NCBI GenBank assembly: GCA_905178155.1
Contig: CAJINV010000005.1
Span: 1,108,564 to 1,172,563, forward strand
From: Amoebophrya sp. A120
Lineage: Eukaryota > Protista > Dinoflagellata
Direction: 5' to 3'
Length of the DNA stretch: 64,000 nucleotides
The stretch's first letter is position 1. Every line of letters starts with the position of its first letter. A program made the translations under genes and the position numbers. The notes below the pieces were generated by a model. It did not search any database. It was given only the letters and a program-made list of their open reading frames with translations, and was not told the DNA's origin. Of this stretch, positions 13,001 through 27,166 are shown piece by piece.

Positions 13001-15543
13001 CCCGCAACTCTTCCGCGGTAACAGATAAGGCCCAAGAAAAACAAGCTGATCAGCGGCTTACCTCCTGCATCCACGACACCAAGCACCCACCCGCGAAGGT
13101 TTTTCTGCAAAGCGACAACTACCCGGAGGTGAGCGGATGGTATTTCCTGACGCATACCGTGACGCAGGTCGGGGGTCAGATCTACCCGATGTACAAATCG
13201 GATCTTGCCAGCAGTGGCAAGCCGGTTTTTACGCTTGGCGCAACGCAAACGGGGCGGGACGACGCAGCCGGCGTGGACCTGGTTCAATGGGGGATTTGTG
13301 GGCCACTCGGCACGAAAACGCTGTATCCAAAGAGACAGGACCTCTTGTCCAAGAAGTTGAAAGATCATCAGAGCAAGCATGCAGACGAGCACAAAAAACG
13401 TCAGCGCCGTCGCCGAGAGTCGCACGCCCCCGCCGACAACAATTTTTTTTCGGCGGAGGTGGCCGAAAAAAAGCCATGCAGGGTTTTAAACTGTTGTATC
13501 GTATCATTATGGCTTTTGGATAAGTCGGTTTGTCTCCTGGATAAGCTAGAGGGCCGCTGTAATGCGCGTGCCGGGTCCGTGTCGCCTGCTCACCTTGTCA
13601 ACGCGGCGTGGACTTGGTCGACCGGCAGCGAGATAGTGACCGAAAGCTACGCGTGTGTCGTGGGCGTTTCGTCGCCCACTGCACTCGAGATTTCCACGTT
13701 TCCCGTTTTTGGTCACACTCCGGGGCAGCAAGGAAAAGTGGAAATTCCTCCGGCGACTGCGGATCAACAGATTGGCATGCCGAAGGGACTCTTGTCCGCG
13801 TTTCTGAAGAAACAAAGTATGTGGCTTTGTAGTGGTTTACTTTGGAGCTTGTGATTTCTTGATGATGGTAGTTACTTTGGAGCTTGCGCATCGTTCACTA
13901 CAAATTCAAACGGACGAAACGGTATATCACCAGGTATCTGCTGCCGCAGATTTTTCGAAGACGCGTACCAGGAACGTTTTCATCGCGCTAAGCCGGCAGT
14001 AACCACAGGCGCTTCCTGCTGCCTCTGCTGCGCATTCTTTCGACGCACGGATACGAAAACTGCGGCCCATGGCGATCTGCACCGTGCCTGCTTCGGAAAT
14101 TCCGGAAAGTTGCCCCAGGGTATGCACTGCTACAATTTCCTGGATCTGGAGGAGGTGGAGGCTGCGGAGAACTTTCTGGACGCCGAGTACAGGAGAATGC
14201 GACTGCAGATTGGCGTTGAAGTCGGTGAACAGGACAAGCAGTCCGCCAGTCCAAAATTCCAAAATTGCGGTATCAAGCTGTCCATGTACCAGGAGTTTTT
14301 GGCGAGATTGGAGTACGAGCAGCATTGGAGTAGCGAAGTGCAGGAGAACGGCTTGCATTCAGTGGACCCCAACTCAAATCACTGCTCAACAACAACTAGC
14401 AAATGGTTTCCAGTGCCTTTCAAGCTCGAGCCAGCCTTCTTGCCATATCCAGACGGAAAATGATCGTTTGCCATTGCCAGCGTTGACAACTGTTCCACAA
14501 GAGAACTACTTGCATTGTCAGTGCGCCATCATGTGAAAAAATAGAAGATGCATTTGGAAGGATCGCTGCCCTCTCATTCCTGTTTGAGCTGCTGTTGTAA
14601 TGCCTAGTGAGAAGATGAAGACAGACTCTTACTACTTCACAAGTTGCGACGCGATGGCAAGCGCGTTAGGATATTTTCCAAGTTCCATACTATTGGTTGC
14701 GGATCTGGAGCGGCCTTCCCGCCAACGCTTGGCGCTCTCCGGAGAGCGTTCGAGAAGGACTTGGGAAAACGGTTCGCGCGAAGCAGGGAGTGCTCATCCG
14801 GTAAATGAGGTGCTGTTCATGTATGGGAACAAGCACCAGGAATACATATTGATTCAATACATAGATCGGACTTTCAATGTCCACGAATTTTTCAAATCAC
14901 CAGATTCTTCGCCGGCCTCCAGTGTGGACAGTACCAATGATTCTTCTCCATCCTCCAAGAGCGATGTCGTGTGGTCGCCCAGCGTACCGCTGCCGCGACC
15001 CCTGCCCCATGCTATTCCGAATCTTCGCAGTCGCGGCAAGCCCATCCGTCCAGATATGCGGGTATTCTGTGCGCTTTGGTGTACTTTCATTTGTTGACGG
15101 AGGTTGTGTCATACTTACTTCATCAGGTTTGATCAACTATTATGCTCTTTGTCGATTTTTTCGATATTTATAATACCTTTTTGGATTTGCATTTGGATTT
15201 GTCGTGTTCGTCGTTGCATGCTGAAAATAAATCCGGAAACAAACTGTTAATTACTACCGCACATCAGGGAATTACTTATGTTCCCGGCTGGAAGTATATG
15301 AAGTTGTTCTTGCTCGAGAAGGCGAGTTCGAAGGATAAGCTTGACGATGAACACGCACGAAGAGGGTTGGTGAGCTACGAAGACCAAGATAATGTCTACG
15401 TGATGAAGAAGAAAGTGTTCGGCACGCGTAAGGTCCCAGTACCATCAAAGGACCCAGCGGAATACGATTGCTGGCGTGTGCAGTTTAAGCACAGGGAAGT
15501 GGGAAAGAAGACAACGCGGAGGATGAAGCGGTATAAAAGATGA
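10044..15543 (+). CDS. Large multi-exon hypothetical protein with a low-complexity, SUMO-motif-rich middle; model approximate
   Basis: Exons 10044-10823, 11114-11276, 11504-~13816, 13934-~14455, ~14600-15061, ~15269-15543 can be linked; several junctions are uncertain. Confidence 0.5.
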
Positions 15544-15888
15544 CTCGAACAAACAAAAGGAGTTTGATTTACGCCGCATATTTGCATGCGCTTCCTTGGG
15601 TGCAAGGGACATGCACATGATCGAAGTGTGCATTTGATGAATGTTTAGGCCTTTTTCCCAAGAATACATGCTCATGAAGCAAGCTAGCGCTAGAGGACAT
15701 AAAAACAAAAGGTTTTTTTTCGTCGCGCCGAAGTTCCGCAAGCTTCGTGCTGCAGCCTCGGAAAAGGGACTTCCAGCACCGACCCGATGCGACGCAAAAG
15801 CAGCTGCATTAGAAGACGCAAAGCGTATTATATTAATTTGCTCTGCAGTCGAAGGAGCGGATAGTTGAGCCTGTCATGCATTGATGAG

Positions 15889-16907
15889 ATGAGAAACAAA
15901 TGGTCCCTGTGCTCCGGAAACAGAGTTCTACAAGGTGATCACTCCATCTACACAAATACACCCGCTCGGCTAGACGGCGCCAGAACTAAGTCCTATGGTT
16001 AGCTTAAGACAGGAGTATCTTAGTAGAAGATACAAGCTGACCATAGAGGTTTCCTCCTCCTCCTCTACTTACACAAATACTAATACACCACAGTGTTTCG
16101 ACGGCTTGCGTTGAACGTGTCGGGAGCAGCGCAGCCAGGGAAATCGAAACACGCGCATACCAAGTCCAACACCGGCGTGTCCGGGGTAACCCAGTTTTCG
16201 ATGAAGCAAAAAAGAAAACGTAATCGAGGAGCAATCGTAGGAGCGTTCAAACGAATGAAAAAGGCGATCCTCAGAAGGTACAAGGTGAACATGAACACCA
16301 AACAGCCAATGAAAAATTGGCAAAAGCAGCGAAAGTGTAGAACGAAGGCTCAGAAGGCAGGCATAATTCAGGTAAGCTATTGTTCGCAACGATATATAAA
16401 TTTTGTATGTCTGTGCAAGACTATGACTACATATTGCCGCGTGTTGTCTTCTAGATAAATTGACTCACTCAACAGCAGTAAAGGCCAAAAACGTTTAATG
16501 AAATTTGGAAAAAAAAAAACTTACAGCTCATGGCGCGATGGAGACAGGCGAAAATGGAGCGCGTGGATCACCCTGGCCGCTCGGGACGAATGCAACGTCA
16601 CATCAAGAAGACCACCATCGACCCGCTCCGCAAGAAAATTGTGGCCCAGGGGAAAACGCTCTTCGATTTCCGGAAAGTGGCGAAGAAGCTGTTGAAGCCC
16701 CGGCGCGCAGCAGTGGCTACCAAGAAGTCGGAGCTGTTCGTGCCGAGTTCTTCCACCCGGAGAAAAGCGGAGGTTGCTGCCGGGTCTGTGCCGCATGTCC
16801 GACCAGCACACCAGCCTACCATGGATCCACGTGAGTTTCGATTCGTCGGACCAACAACCAAACTGCCGAAGACGCGGGACATGTCGAAGGGGTTCCGACG
16901 CTCCTGA
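15889..16907 (+). CDS. Lys/Arg-rich basic hypothetical protein; exons 15889-15934, 16094-16371, 16527-16907
   Basis: Two GT-AG introns join three frames in phase; very basic composition. Confidence 0.55.
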
Positions 16908-19900
16908 AGCCAGATGAAAGAAGTGGTTTCATTTTCCGATCTTCCTCGTTACATTTCCCCCAAGCACTCTCTTACGATTCAGATAAACGTTGCTGCATGC
17001 ACAAAGTTCACGTTGCGCAACTTGTACAACTTGCAGGGGAGTGCGGAAGTGTTTATGCAGTTTTTGAACAGACTCAGACATGCCTGGAGCTCGACGCGCC
17101 GAGTTATTTTTTAAGGAAAGTAGAGTGCTAAAGATAGAAAGATCTGCTACACGATGTTTCTGTATTCAACCGGGCTCAGAAGTAGTAGACTCTCGGTCAG
17201 CAAGACGTCCACTCAACTTGCGAGAACGAAGAGGGATTGAAGGGTTTGCACAGTACTATTAGATATTTTTATTTCTTGATGCTGTCGGTGTCGCTTTCCC
17301 CGGCCTCGTAGCAAGATTGGATGAAAGTTGCGCGAGATTCGTGTCAAACAAAACCACGACTGTCTTCTTTCAGAACTAGCACACTATAGTGCCAGTCGAA
17401 GCAATTTTTTTTCCAATTTACGTATTACTGAGCCCTTGTATCTGCTGCCTGGTGCAATACTCGCTGCGTTTTTTCCTACTTGAACGTAAGTACACCGACT
17501 GGTCCTTCTCACTTTCAATGGGAAGAAGGCTCCTGCAGCTGAACTTACAAGCGTTTATTATTTAAGTTTTCTCGGACAAAAGGCCCTAGGCTGTGTGGTT
17601 TCAAAGCCTATTGTCGAGAGATATTGCCCTGTCAAATATTGAGTTGCAGAGGATCACAGCGGCAGCAATATTTCATATGAGGAGCTAACTGTTCAACCGG
17701 GCCATGGTTTTGCGATATTCTGGCCGAACTGGATCTTCACACATCCTTTTTTCTATCAATTCTTTCGGAATTTAGCTTTTTACTGTTTCACTTTTCAGTT
17801 TCCCTTCTGTTTGATCCGATTCGAGTCCAGTTTAGCTTTATAGTATGTCGCCTTTGATTTACCGTCCTTCGTGCAGTCTTTCTATAAGTTTAATGATTGA
17901 ACTTAATCATAGAATAGGAAGATTGGCCAACGAGGAACGTATATCACACCACAATTGCCCTCGCTAGTATGCATGCTCGCGCGTGGTAACCCGCTCCATG
18001 TGAAAAGAAAGTTGTTGTAGCAAATGCTGCTCCTTTTGTATTATTTCTACTTCCCAAAGCCAAACCCAGTCCCACTGCCAGAGGGATTTCCCGAAGCAAT
18101 ACATTGGCTGTGCCCCACGCACCTTCAGTTCACACACCGATGTTGGTATTGACAACAGGGCTATCTGCGATTGTACTTGAGGAGCCAGGGCCAGCTCAAG
18201 TCTCAGCAACTCGTAAATTAAGATCTTCGAACGACGACGCCGAGCATGTGCCACAGGTAGACCAAGGAAATCTGCGTGAAGCTGATGTTTCCAAAAAGCT
18301 TTTGATCGATTCAGAATATTTTTGCTCCCGGGCAACAAAGATATCATGAAGAAATATGAATATTATAAATAAAGTATATTTTTGACCATCGCACTTCTTT
18401 TTACGCATGGGTTGTAAGTGTACAGATTCCGACCACAATGTCATAGGTTTTTGAGTTTTGCTTCCCAATTTAACAAGTTTCAACTAACACCAGCTTTAAG
18501 ATGCATTTCTGATTCTGTCACTGTCGTCACAAGTTTCCTACTCGTACTTTGTCCGCACGCGTATACACTGGAGGAAAATTTGGAGCGATGGCTCGACACG
18601 CTTGTAATTTCGCTCTTGGGAAAATCGATTCGCCTATAATTCTTTTTGTTGAATTCCTCGCTACCGCCGCACCACTGCGAGCATACCATGACTGTAAAAC
18701 TTCGATTTGATTCGATTTCGATCCTATTCGTACTTGGCGCGAAATCTGTGGTCCTGCTCGATAAATTTGGGCTACTGCAGTACGCGACCAGCACGAGGAT
18801 CTTCTGAATGTGGTGCGCATGCGCATAGCCATGGTTAGCTCAAGAAAGACAAAGGTGTTGAGTAGTTTGCATAGAAGCTGAGTACAGTTGCAGAGATGTC
18901 CTCCCCCACAATGCATGGTCATTTAAGAGAAGAGACCGAATAATCCAGTGATTTTTCATCCCGGTTTCGAAGTGAAGATTTGCAGCCGGTCAATGCTGTG
19001 ACTAACAGTCAATCGCTCCGCTTGGAAGACCAAGCGAGCCTAAAGTACGTAGGGTACTGCAGCTTGTGCTTATTGGTCTGCGGACTTCGAACGGAAAAAC
19101 TAAATATCTTTTCGCCGCATCCGCAACGCGACGGTATTGCATAGCGTAGTTCACATTTCCATAGCAGCCACCAAAGTTAGATTCTCGATGGCGTTGTTTC
19201 GTCCCCTTTACATCTTGTTCCCACATACTTTGAATGCCGGGAATATTGGGATACGATGTCCCGTCGGATTTTTAAATCAATTTATAATTTCCTCTTTCCA
19301 TAAATAAGTAGGTTGAAACGTTTCCGCTACTCATGGTCTGCTTGCATCGCCAGCTGCTGCTTGACCCTGAGCAAGCGGTGTACTCAAGCAACAACAGTGC
19401 ACTGTGGCAGCACCGTTCTCAATTTTTACGATTTGACGCATGATTTTTTTTTTGGCTACATGCGCACATTTCGGCCTAGTTTGGGACATTTGCGCCCTGA
19501 AACTAGAGAATATATTATTTTTTGCATAGCCGCATCTTATTTATTAGCCCGATTCACTGTAAAAAAATGCGACTTCCTATTCATTGATCCACCACTGCTT
19601 CTACCTATTTATATTTTCGTTTGCTTCTCAAGTCAGTGAAACAATTTTATAGTAATTTCAATAGATGAAGACTTGCCAACATTGGTTACGATATTTAGGA
19701 TGAATTTCCAAGAAGCATGCAGAGAAAAACGAAAGTGAATGCTTTGCCAAAGAGCGAAGCAATCCACACGGCATCCAACTTATATTTTTGCTTTTCGAAA
19801 CGAATCAACAGCACCAAGAAGAACAAGAAGCATACATAGGGCTTGCTTCTATGTCCGTGAAAATGTTGTTGCGAATCAGAAACAAAACGTCAAAGCTCCA

Positions 19901-21119
19901 TGGTTGGCAACATTTTTTTCTTGCTCCGTCTCTGTCCACCTTTACATAATAATACTAGTTGGAACGAGAGCTGTAGTCTTGCTCGATAAATTTGGGCTGC
20001 TGCAGTTGCATGACGTTCCATCACCAAATTTTCACCAGGGCTTTACGTTTCGCTCAGGTACCCATGTTTCGCTCAGGTACCCTATGGGATTTTACACAGC
20101 AATATTTATAGAGTGAAATGTCGCATAGAGTAATATTGCGACAAGGAAGCGTCGTCATTTGAAAAGTGGAATCCAAATGCATAGCTACGTTCGGTATGTG
20201 AATTCAGATTTGTTCGAGGGGTTTAGAAAAAAATTAAAGAGATTGGGGTATTTTACGAAATGAATTTGTAGTTCAGAAGAAGTAATCAAAGAATTCGCCT
20301 CCCTTCGAAAAGGAGCAAAGACACCAGGAGAGTGGTTTCATGAACAAGAATGAGATTATGGTACCTAGTATACTATACACAGTTTCCAAGAAGCTGGGGT
20401 TTCATTTTTATACTCATCTTTTTATCAGAATTGTCGGAAACAGCACACAGAGTGCAGGATGGGCCTGTGGTTTTTTGGCCTGCTTCTTGATGCTTGTTCG
20501 AGTCGAATATCATTATTTTTTTGTCGGCACATGCAAATCGCGGTTTGTTGCCTGTTCGCGGTCGGTTGCAGGTTTTACAAAAGGATGAAAAAATTGTATC
20601 GGTTGTACCTTCATGTTCCTGTCGGTCTCGCGATTTCTCTGCGACTCAGAATACTTACTTTTTCTGCCGGGATGGCTCTCTGTGCGAGTGCTTTCGACTG
20701 ATTTCAGTATCGGTCAAGAATGTCCTCGCCCGCCGGTGCCTGTCATCCAAGGTTCGAATGCATTATTCATCTGCTGGCGTCCTAAGTTTTCGCTCGGTCA
20801 AGAACTTCCTACTGGCGTGCTTGATTTTCGGTGCAAATAAAACGATAATTTCTGTAGATCTTGTGTATTTCGTGATATGGTCGCTCGTGGTCATGCTCTA
20901 CTACGGCGTCTTTTTTCATCTCCTGTCTTCGAAACGTACAGAAATATTGTGCTGACTTTCGCTGTTGCTGGTGATGCTATCCCATAACTACCCATTTTTT
21001 TTGAGGTTGCATGACACCGAAGTGATTGCAACATTCAATAACCTATCCTTTGGTTATCTCCGCTGCGTGAAGTAATTAGTTGCTTGAAGACCAAACTTCG
21101 CAGCGTTTTCACTCAAAAC

Positions 21120-24100
21120 ATGTTCCGTGGTGGTCCGGTCGCTGCGAAGCCCGCGGGCAAGGCCGCCGCGAGCGCCGGCGTGCCGAGCAAAGGACCGATA
21201 AAGGCCACGGCAAAAAGCGTTCCGGGGTTGAAGCAAGCGGTCACTGCGGTCCGAGGTGTGAACGCGGTGGCGGCAAAGCCGGCTACTACTCCGCGCGCAC
21301 CGCTAGCGACGCCTCGGATGCCTGGAGGACCAACATCGAGTCCTAGTACCACCACCGGACTAAGGGGAGAGACTCCGAGGGCCAAAGCGAAAGCTGGAGG
21401 AAGTATAGCTGGCAAAGCCGCTGGTCCTCCTGGCGCAAAGGCTTCCGCAAGCCCACGTCGGTCAGCTTCGTTTCAGACGAGCACAACTGCACGTGCAACC
21501 GGTGATCCTTCTACAGCCGTTCAAGAAAACGAAAACGACTCTCAGCTCACGGGGACCCGCCCAGGCGGCCGGAAATCCGCGACGCCGCGGACCAGCGTCC
21601 GCGCGAATTCGAAGCTTGAGGAGGGTATGGTCACACTGAATGTGAGCGAACTGGAAACCCGAATCAGCGACATCATCGCCAGAAAGAGCGGAGCGGCTGT
21701 CATACCAGCCGTAGGTGGAGGAAATGCGGCGATCCGGAAGAGCCTAGCGGCGCCCGGTATCGCCGCCGCTGCGAAAGTGCTTGAAGCCGCAAGAGCGGGC
21801 AATGTGGACGTCTTGACCGAGCTGTGTGGGTAAAGATTTAAGCTTTGGCTCTGCTCCTGTGTCATTTTCGCTAGTGTTTGAAAACTGAAGATCGTCGGTG
21901 TAAAAGTAAATGCGTGATCAGTAGCAACATTCTGATTTTATCAATCTTCACTAAAAACGATTTTCAGCACTCCGGAGCAGTTCTCCAATTTGGACCAAAT
22001 TGAGGACGAGGTCGCCCGTGCCCGCGAGTTCATTACCCCGAATGTCCAGGACGTGCGCTGGCGGACGCCATTGATGTACGCCTCAGCGTTTGTACGAAAA
22101 AGTAAAAGAAAGAAGTGTTTCTTTCAGTATCATGCGGCTGATGTTACGTATTTCTTTTCCAACACAGAGCACGCATTGTCTGCAGGCTCGCTTTTGGCTT
22201 TTCCATGTACACTAAAAGTACCTACCCGCAAATTCGTTGACGGAGGAATTGGAAAACTGGTGTGGAATTCTGTGCTGTAGCTGAGAAGGCATATTGTTGT
22301 TCGTGTTGGAATATTGTCTCAGCCGCACGCCGCTGCCAGGCATTTTTTCGTTTCCATGACCTGCACGCTTCGACGCAGTAATGTTCTTGATCGACGACCC
22401 GTTGTTGCAAGTTAATCTCCGCGACGACACCAACAAAACAGCGTTGATGTACGCTTGTCGCAAGGTCTTCGCACCCGAGGCCCGAACGTCAACTACAAGT
22501 CATACCGCGACCGACAAAACTACGATCAAGCAGCGGCAGCACGACAGCAAGCGCGCCGACATCGTGGAAATGTTGTTGGGCGAGGACGCAGACGTCGGGG
22601 CCGTGGACCAGTACGGCGAAACGGCGCTGCACATCGCGGTCGACGTATGGAAGGGAAAGGATTTGAGCCAAGTCTGGGGTTTGAAAAGTGCAAGTTTCCC
22701 GTATGATATGAAGCATAACGTGAAAGAGTACTCTGGTTTTCTGAGTATCAGCAAGCATGACAAACTCTGTCGACTTCACTCAAGCTTTTCTCTCGATAAA
22801 ACGAGGGAGACCGCAACGTGGTGGACGTGTTACTTACCTACTGCCTCAGCGAGGGCTACGAGGATGTGCTGCTGAAGAAGGACTACGACGGGGTCAGCCT
22901 CCTCGACATTGCCGCCATGAACGAGGACATTAAGATGGGGGTTTTGCTGCTCCGCGCCGGTTTAGAATTTCAGGAGGACGAGCAATCGGAGTTCGCAAAA
23001 GCGGTGAAGCGGTACGACTTTGAGTTTCCGGAGGACATTGAGAACACCACGGATCTGGAACCCGAAATGTACGCAGATGACGGAGAGCAAGACCAGGACA
23101 ACGATGTTAAGAAGACCCGACGTTTGTTGACGACGAAAACCGGGATCGCAGGACCGGACAAGGATAAAAAACTTACGCCCGAATTCCTGGCTTTGGAAAT
23201 GCAGTTGAAGACCCTTGCAGGTAGTCTGTACCGTGCGTCAAGGACCAGTCAGGAGGGCCACATGCAGGTGGATTTGAGTCCGGACTTCGAAAGGAGCGGG
23301 TCTGGTATGGGGATTGGAGCAAATCAACCCGATGTCTTCACTATCACGCCACTAGATCCTCTGCAGGACCAGGAGGACGCATTTCTCTTCGCCAGCCACC
23401 AGTCCGGGCAGATGATGCGGAAAATGTACGAGCGGAGGCAGCGGTCGGTTCTGTCCATGGCGGACATTTTGTCCCCGTCTCTGAGCAACCTCTACTTGAT
23501 GAAGCTCTACCAGGCGAACGAGCCGATTGACGCGGCGCTCGAAGCGCAGATGATCGGCGCGCAAATGATCCAAGTGCAGGAGACGCCGGAGCAGGCGCTG
23601 GACGCATTGCAAAACGCGATGGGGTTGAAGTCGCTGGAGAACCTCCGGATCGCGCTGACGCACTGCGGCCGCCTGGCGGACGAGGTTTCGGACGCGGAGA
23701 AAGCGATGCTGCACTGGGACGAGATGATCCTGAAGGCGGAGAAAGCTGTTGAGGCACTCCACCTAAAAGCGGGGGTGCTGAACCGGTTGGGTATCCAGAT
23801 CGCGAGTTTCTCCGCGAAATACAAGTCGGGCGACGAGCTGACGGAGGAGATTCTGGCGTTAGAGCGGGTGTTGAAGGAAGCCGAGGCGTACGGGTGCTCG
23901 AAGGAGCAAGACGAGGTGGTTTCTGGTTGTTACACGGTGTTGGAAAAAGCGAAACGGCGGCGTGACGCAAGAGCAGAGCTGCGGAAACTGGCGGAAGCAG
24001 GGGATTTCGAATCTTTCGAAATGATCTTGAACCGGTATCGCCAGGTGCGGCTCAGCGGCCACGCGACACCCAACCGCGCACTCTCGACCTTCGAGCGAGT

Positions 24101-25925
24101 GACGGAGATGCGCGCGACCTTCCGGGCGAAGGTGACGGGCGGCGCGAGCGGGCGGCTGGCATCGATTCGCGACGAGAAGGACCGGGTGACCACGACCGTG
24201 AAGAAATCGGTGAGTCGGCAGTTCACCAGCCGCGTGACCCCGGGGTTCGCGCCGGAGTGCGAGGTGGTGCTGACCGCGAACGACTTGCGGATGTTCGCGG
24301 AAATGCTGTCGGCCTTCAAATCGAAAGCGAAGGCGGAAGCGAACTTACTGCGGTTAGTGGATCAGAAGCCGGTGGATGTGGAAGCGTTGCAAGCGGCGGT
24401 GGCCACCGCCCGGGTCTTGCAGATCGACGTGGCTTTCGCGGAGTCGATTCTCCAAGCGGAGGTCCCCAGGAGGGAGGCGGTGTCCGCGTTGAAGCAGGCG
24501 ATGGCGAAGGGCGTGATTGAGGAAATCGAACTGGCGTTAATGCGCTGCAAGCAGGTCTTCGAGGACATGACAGCGTCCGCGAAGCAGTACCCGGTGTTGC
24601 TCGAAGCCCCAGCGTATCTGGAGCGGGAACGGCAGCGCATGCGTTTGAAGGGCGAGGTGGAAGAGTTGTTGCAACTAACCGAAAATTTCCTGGAGTTCAA
24701 CGATTACGAGGAACACGGTGACATGCTGAAGCAGTGGCGCGAACGAATCCAAAAGTGCTTCACGGAGTGCAAACAAGCGGGAATCGCCGAGTCGTTTCTG
24801 ACGGGCTTTGAGCTGCGGAAGAAGAAACTGCACAACTTCATCGAGGATTTGAAGGGGTCGATCCGGGTGTTCGTCCGTGTCCGGCCGTTGACGGGGAAAG
24901 AGAAGTCGAACAACGAAACGGAAGTGACGACGCAACTGGATCTTTGTACCTTGACGGTCGGGGATCCTGCGGGTTCTGCCGCCGAACGGCAATTTACGTT
25001 CGACTCTTGCTTCTTCCCGTCCAGCACGCAAGCGGACGTGTTTGAAGACTCGCAGGATTTAATCCAGTCTGCTTTCGACGGGTACAACGTGACCATTTTC
25101 GCCTATGGGCAAACCGGCGCGGGGAAGACGTTCACGATGTCGGGGACCAACGAGCACCCGGGGGTTGTCCCCAGGACCTGCAATGAAATTTTCCGCATCA
25201 AGGAGCGCGACGCGAGCAGGTTCCGAACGACGGTGTCCATCAGCATGATCGAACTGTACTGTGCGAAATTCACGGATTTGTTCCGGAAGATGGAAAGCGC
25301 GCTCGGCGGGGGGAAGAAACCCGCCGCGGCAGTAAAGCCGGCGAAAGACAAGGATGCGCAGAAGGAGCCGGAGATCAACGTGCGGATCGAGAAAGACGGG
25401 GCGGTGCGGGTGGAAAACGCCCGGGAACAACAGATCGAGACGGCGGCGCAGATGCTGTCGATCATCGACCAGGGATTCTCGAACCGGGCGGTCGCTGCCA
25501 CAAAGATGAACAGCGAGTCGAGTCGTTCCCACTTGATCACGATCGTGCAGCTCGTTTCGGTCAATCTGGAAACCAAGGTCCGCACGGTCGGGAAACTGTT
25601 GCTCTGCGATCTCGCCGGGAGCGAGCGGTTGGCCAAGTCGGGCGCGGAGGGGCAGGCGCAGAAGGAAGCGATTGAGATCAACAAGTCGTTAACCGCTCTC
25701 GGTGACGTGATCGAGGCGTTGACCAAGGTGGGAACGAAGAAGGGGGCCCAGTCGGTGATCCCCTACAGAAATCACAAGCTGACGCAGCTGATGCAGGACT
25801 CGTTGGGCGGGACGGCGAAAACCCTGATGTTCGTGAACTGCTCCCCCGCGGCGTCAAATCAGGACGAAACGGTCAACGCGCTGAAGTGGGCGAAACGGGC
25901 AAAAAATATCATCAACAAAAGGTAG
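21120..25925 (+). CDS. Ankyrin-repeat protein with C-terminal kinesin-14-type motor; introns 21830-21967 (GT-AG), 22092-22362 (GT-CT), 22645-22802 (GT-AC)
   Basis: Ankyrin motifs (TPLMYAS, TALMYAC, TALHIAV); neck RKKLHNFIEDLKGSIRVFVRVRP; P-loop GQTGAGKT; NSESSRSH; DLAGSE; IPYRNHKLTQLMQDSLGG. Confidence 0.92.
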
Positions 25926-27166
25926 TGTTGAGTGGGACATTGTTGTTGGGGAAGCACACGCTGGTCGTGTGTGTACCTGAAATTATGAACATTTTTTTTT
26001 CCATTTTGGATAGATTGGTTTAGGTTTATCGGTTTATTTTTGCTACAGGGATGTCAGTCTCAAGATGAGCCAATATCTACAGCCTGAATCATCTGGATGC
26101 GCAATCGCCTCACCAGGATTTGTTAATTGAATTTTGGCGGACCTAAGTAACTGCTCACGTTTTACAAATGCTTTATCATGTACTCTAGTATCTCATTTTT
26201 CTCTATTTTTGCATTTTGTCACTTTTCTTCGTGTATTCTGCTTTTACCATCCTCGAGAGATCGGTTTGAGTATCTTTCATTTTTCTATATCGGTCCATGT
26301 CGCCTTACATAATACTGTAATCACAGCAACCCGACACAGTGACTTAGTGTGCAACATGAAGTTTGGTTCTCGGAAAAACAAATCTGCGCTTTTCTTTCTC
26401 CAAAAACTTCGATTTGCCAGCGGTTACATACAGTGAGTTCATCAAGCTTCTGATAGATAAAGACGAATACGAAGTCACCTGGAAATAATCGGTCTGTTTT
26501 TCCGTGCCTGGAGCGATATTTCTTCGAGCGAACGTTTCTTTTTGATAGTGGATGTGAAGAATGGCGCGTCTGAGAGAGAATATGGGATAGTGGAGCACTT
26601 TGAGTATGCGATTATTGGCGAATTAAGGGGTAGAGTAAATCTAAATTTCTACTTGCACAGAGTTAGCAGTTTCTCATCCGAATTTTTTCCCAGGGCGATA
26701 ATTGTGGTGATTAAGTAGCAAATTTTTTAAGTGCGGTAACTTCTAAGCTAGTAGCTGTACTTGCATGCTGTAAAGCCAACTTATTTTTTGACATCACTGC
26801 ATACCAATATCTATACCACCGATTCGTCCGGCCTTTCGTTTTTTCGATTGCTGACTGGGAGTCCCAAGAAAGAGTGATTCTGATTTTTTCGATTGACCAT
26901 AACTAAGATTGTCCTCATCTTCCCGATTTTGATTTCTCACCTCTGTAGGCCCCCATCGCTACACCGAGATTCACAGTCATAAGTAACTAAAACCTACCAG
27001 TTGTATTGACACTGACTCTGCAAATAAACGCCTAGCTTTTTTCTTCAGTGAAGGGAAGTTTCTCTTCACAAAAAACAAGAAACCCAACGAGGTTCGACAT
27101 CTTCTACCCACTCCGAGTGAAAAACCTTTGAAACCCGTGAAAAAGCACCCCCAATAAAGGAAAACT

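Noticed and set aside
20047-20082. 17-bp tandem duplication gtttcgctcaggtaccc
   Set aside because: Isolated slippage-type duplication with no context
17000-21000. Possible autonomous transposase for the introners in the gene-free gap
   Set aside because: No long ORF, DDE/RT/recombinase motif or matching TIR was found
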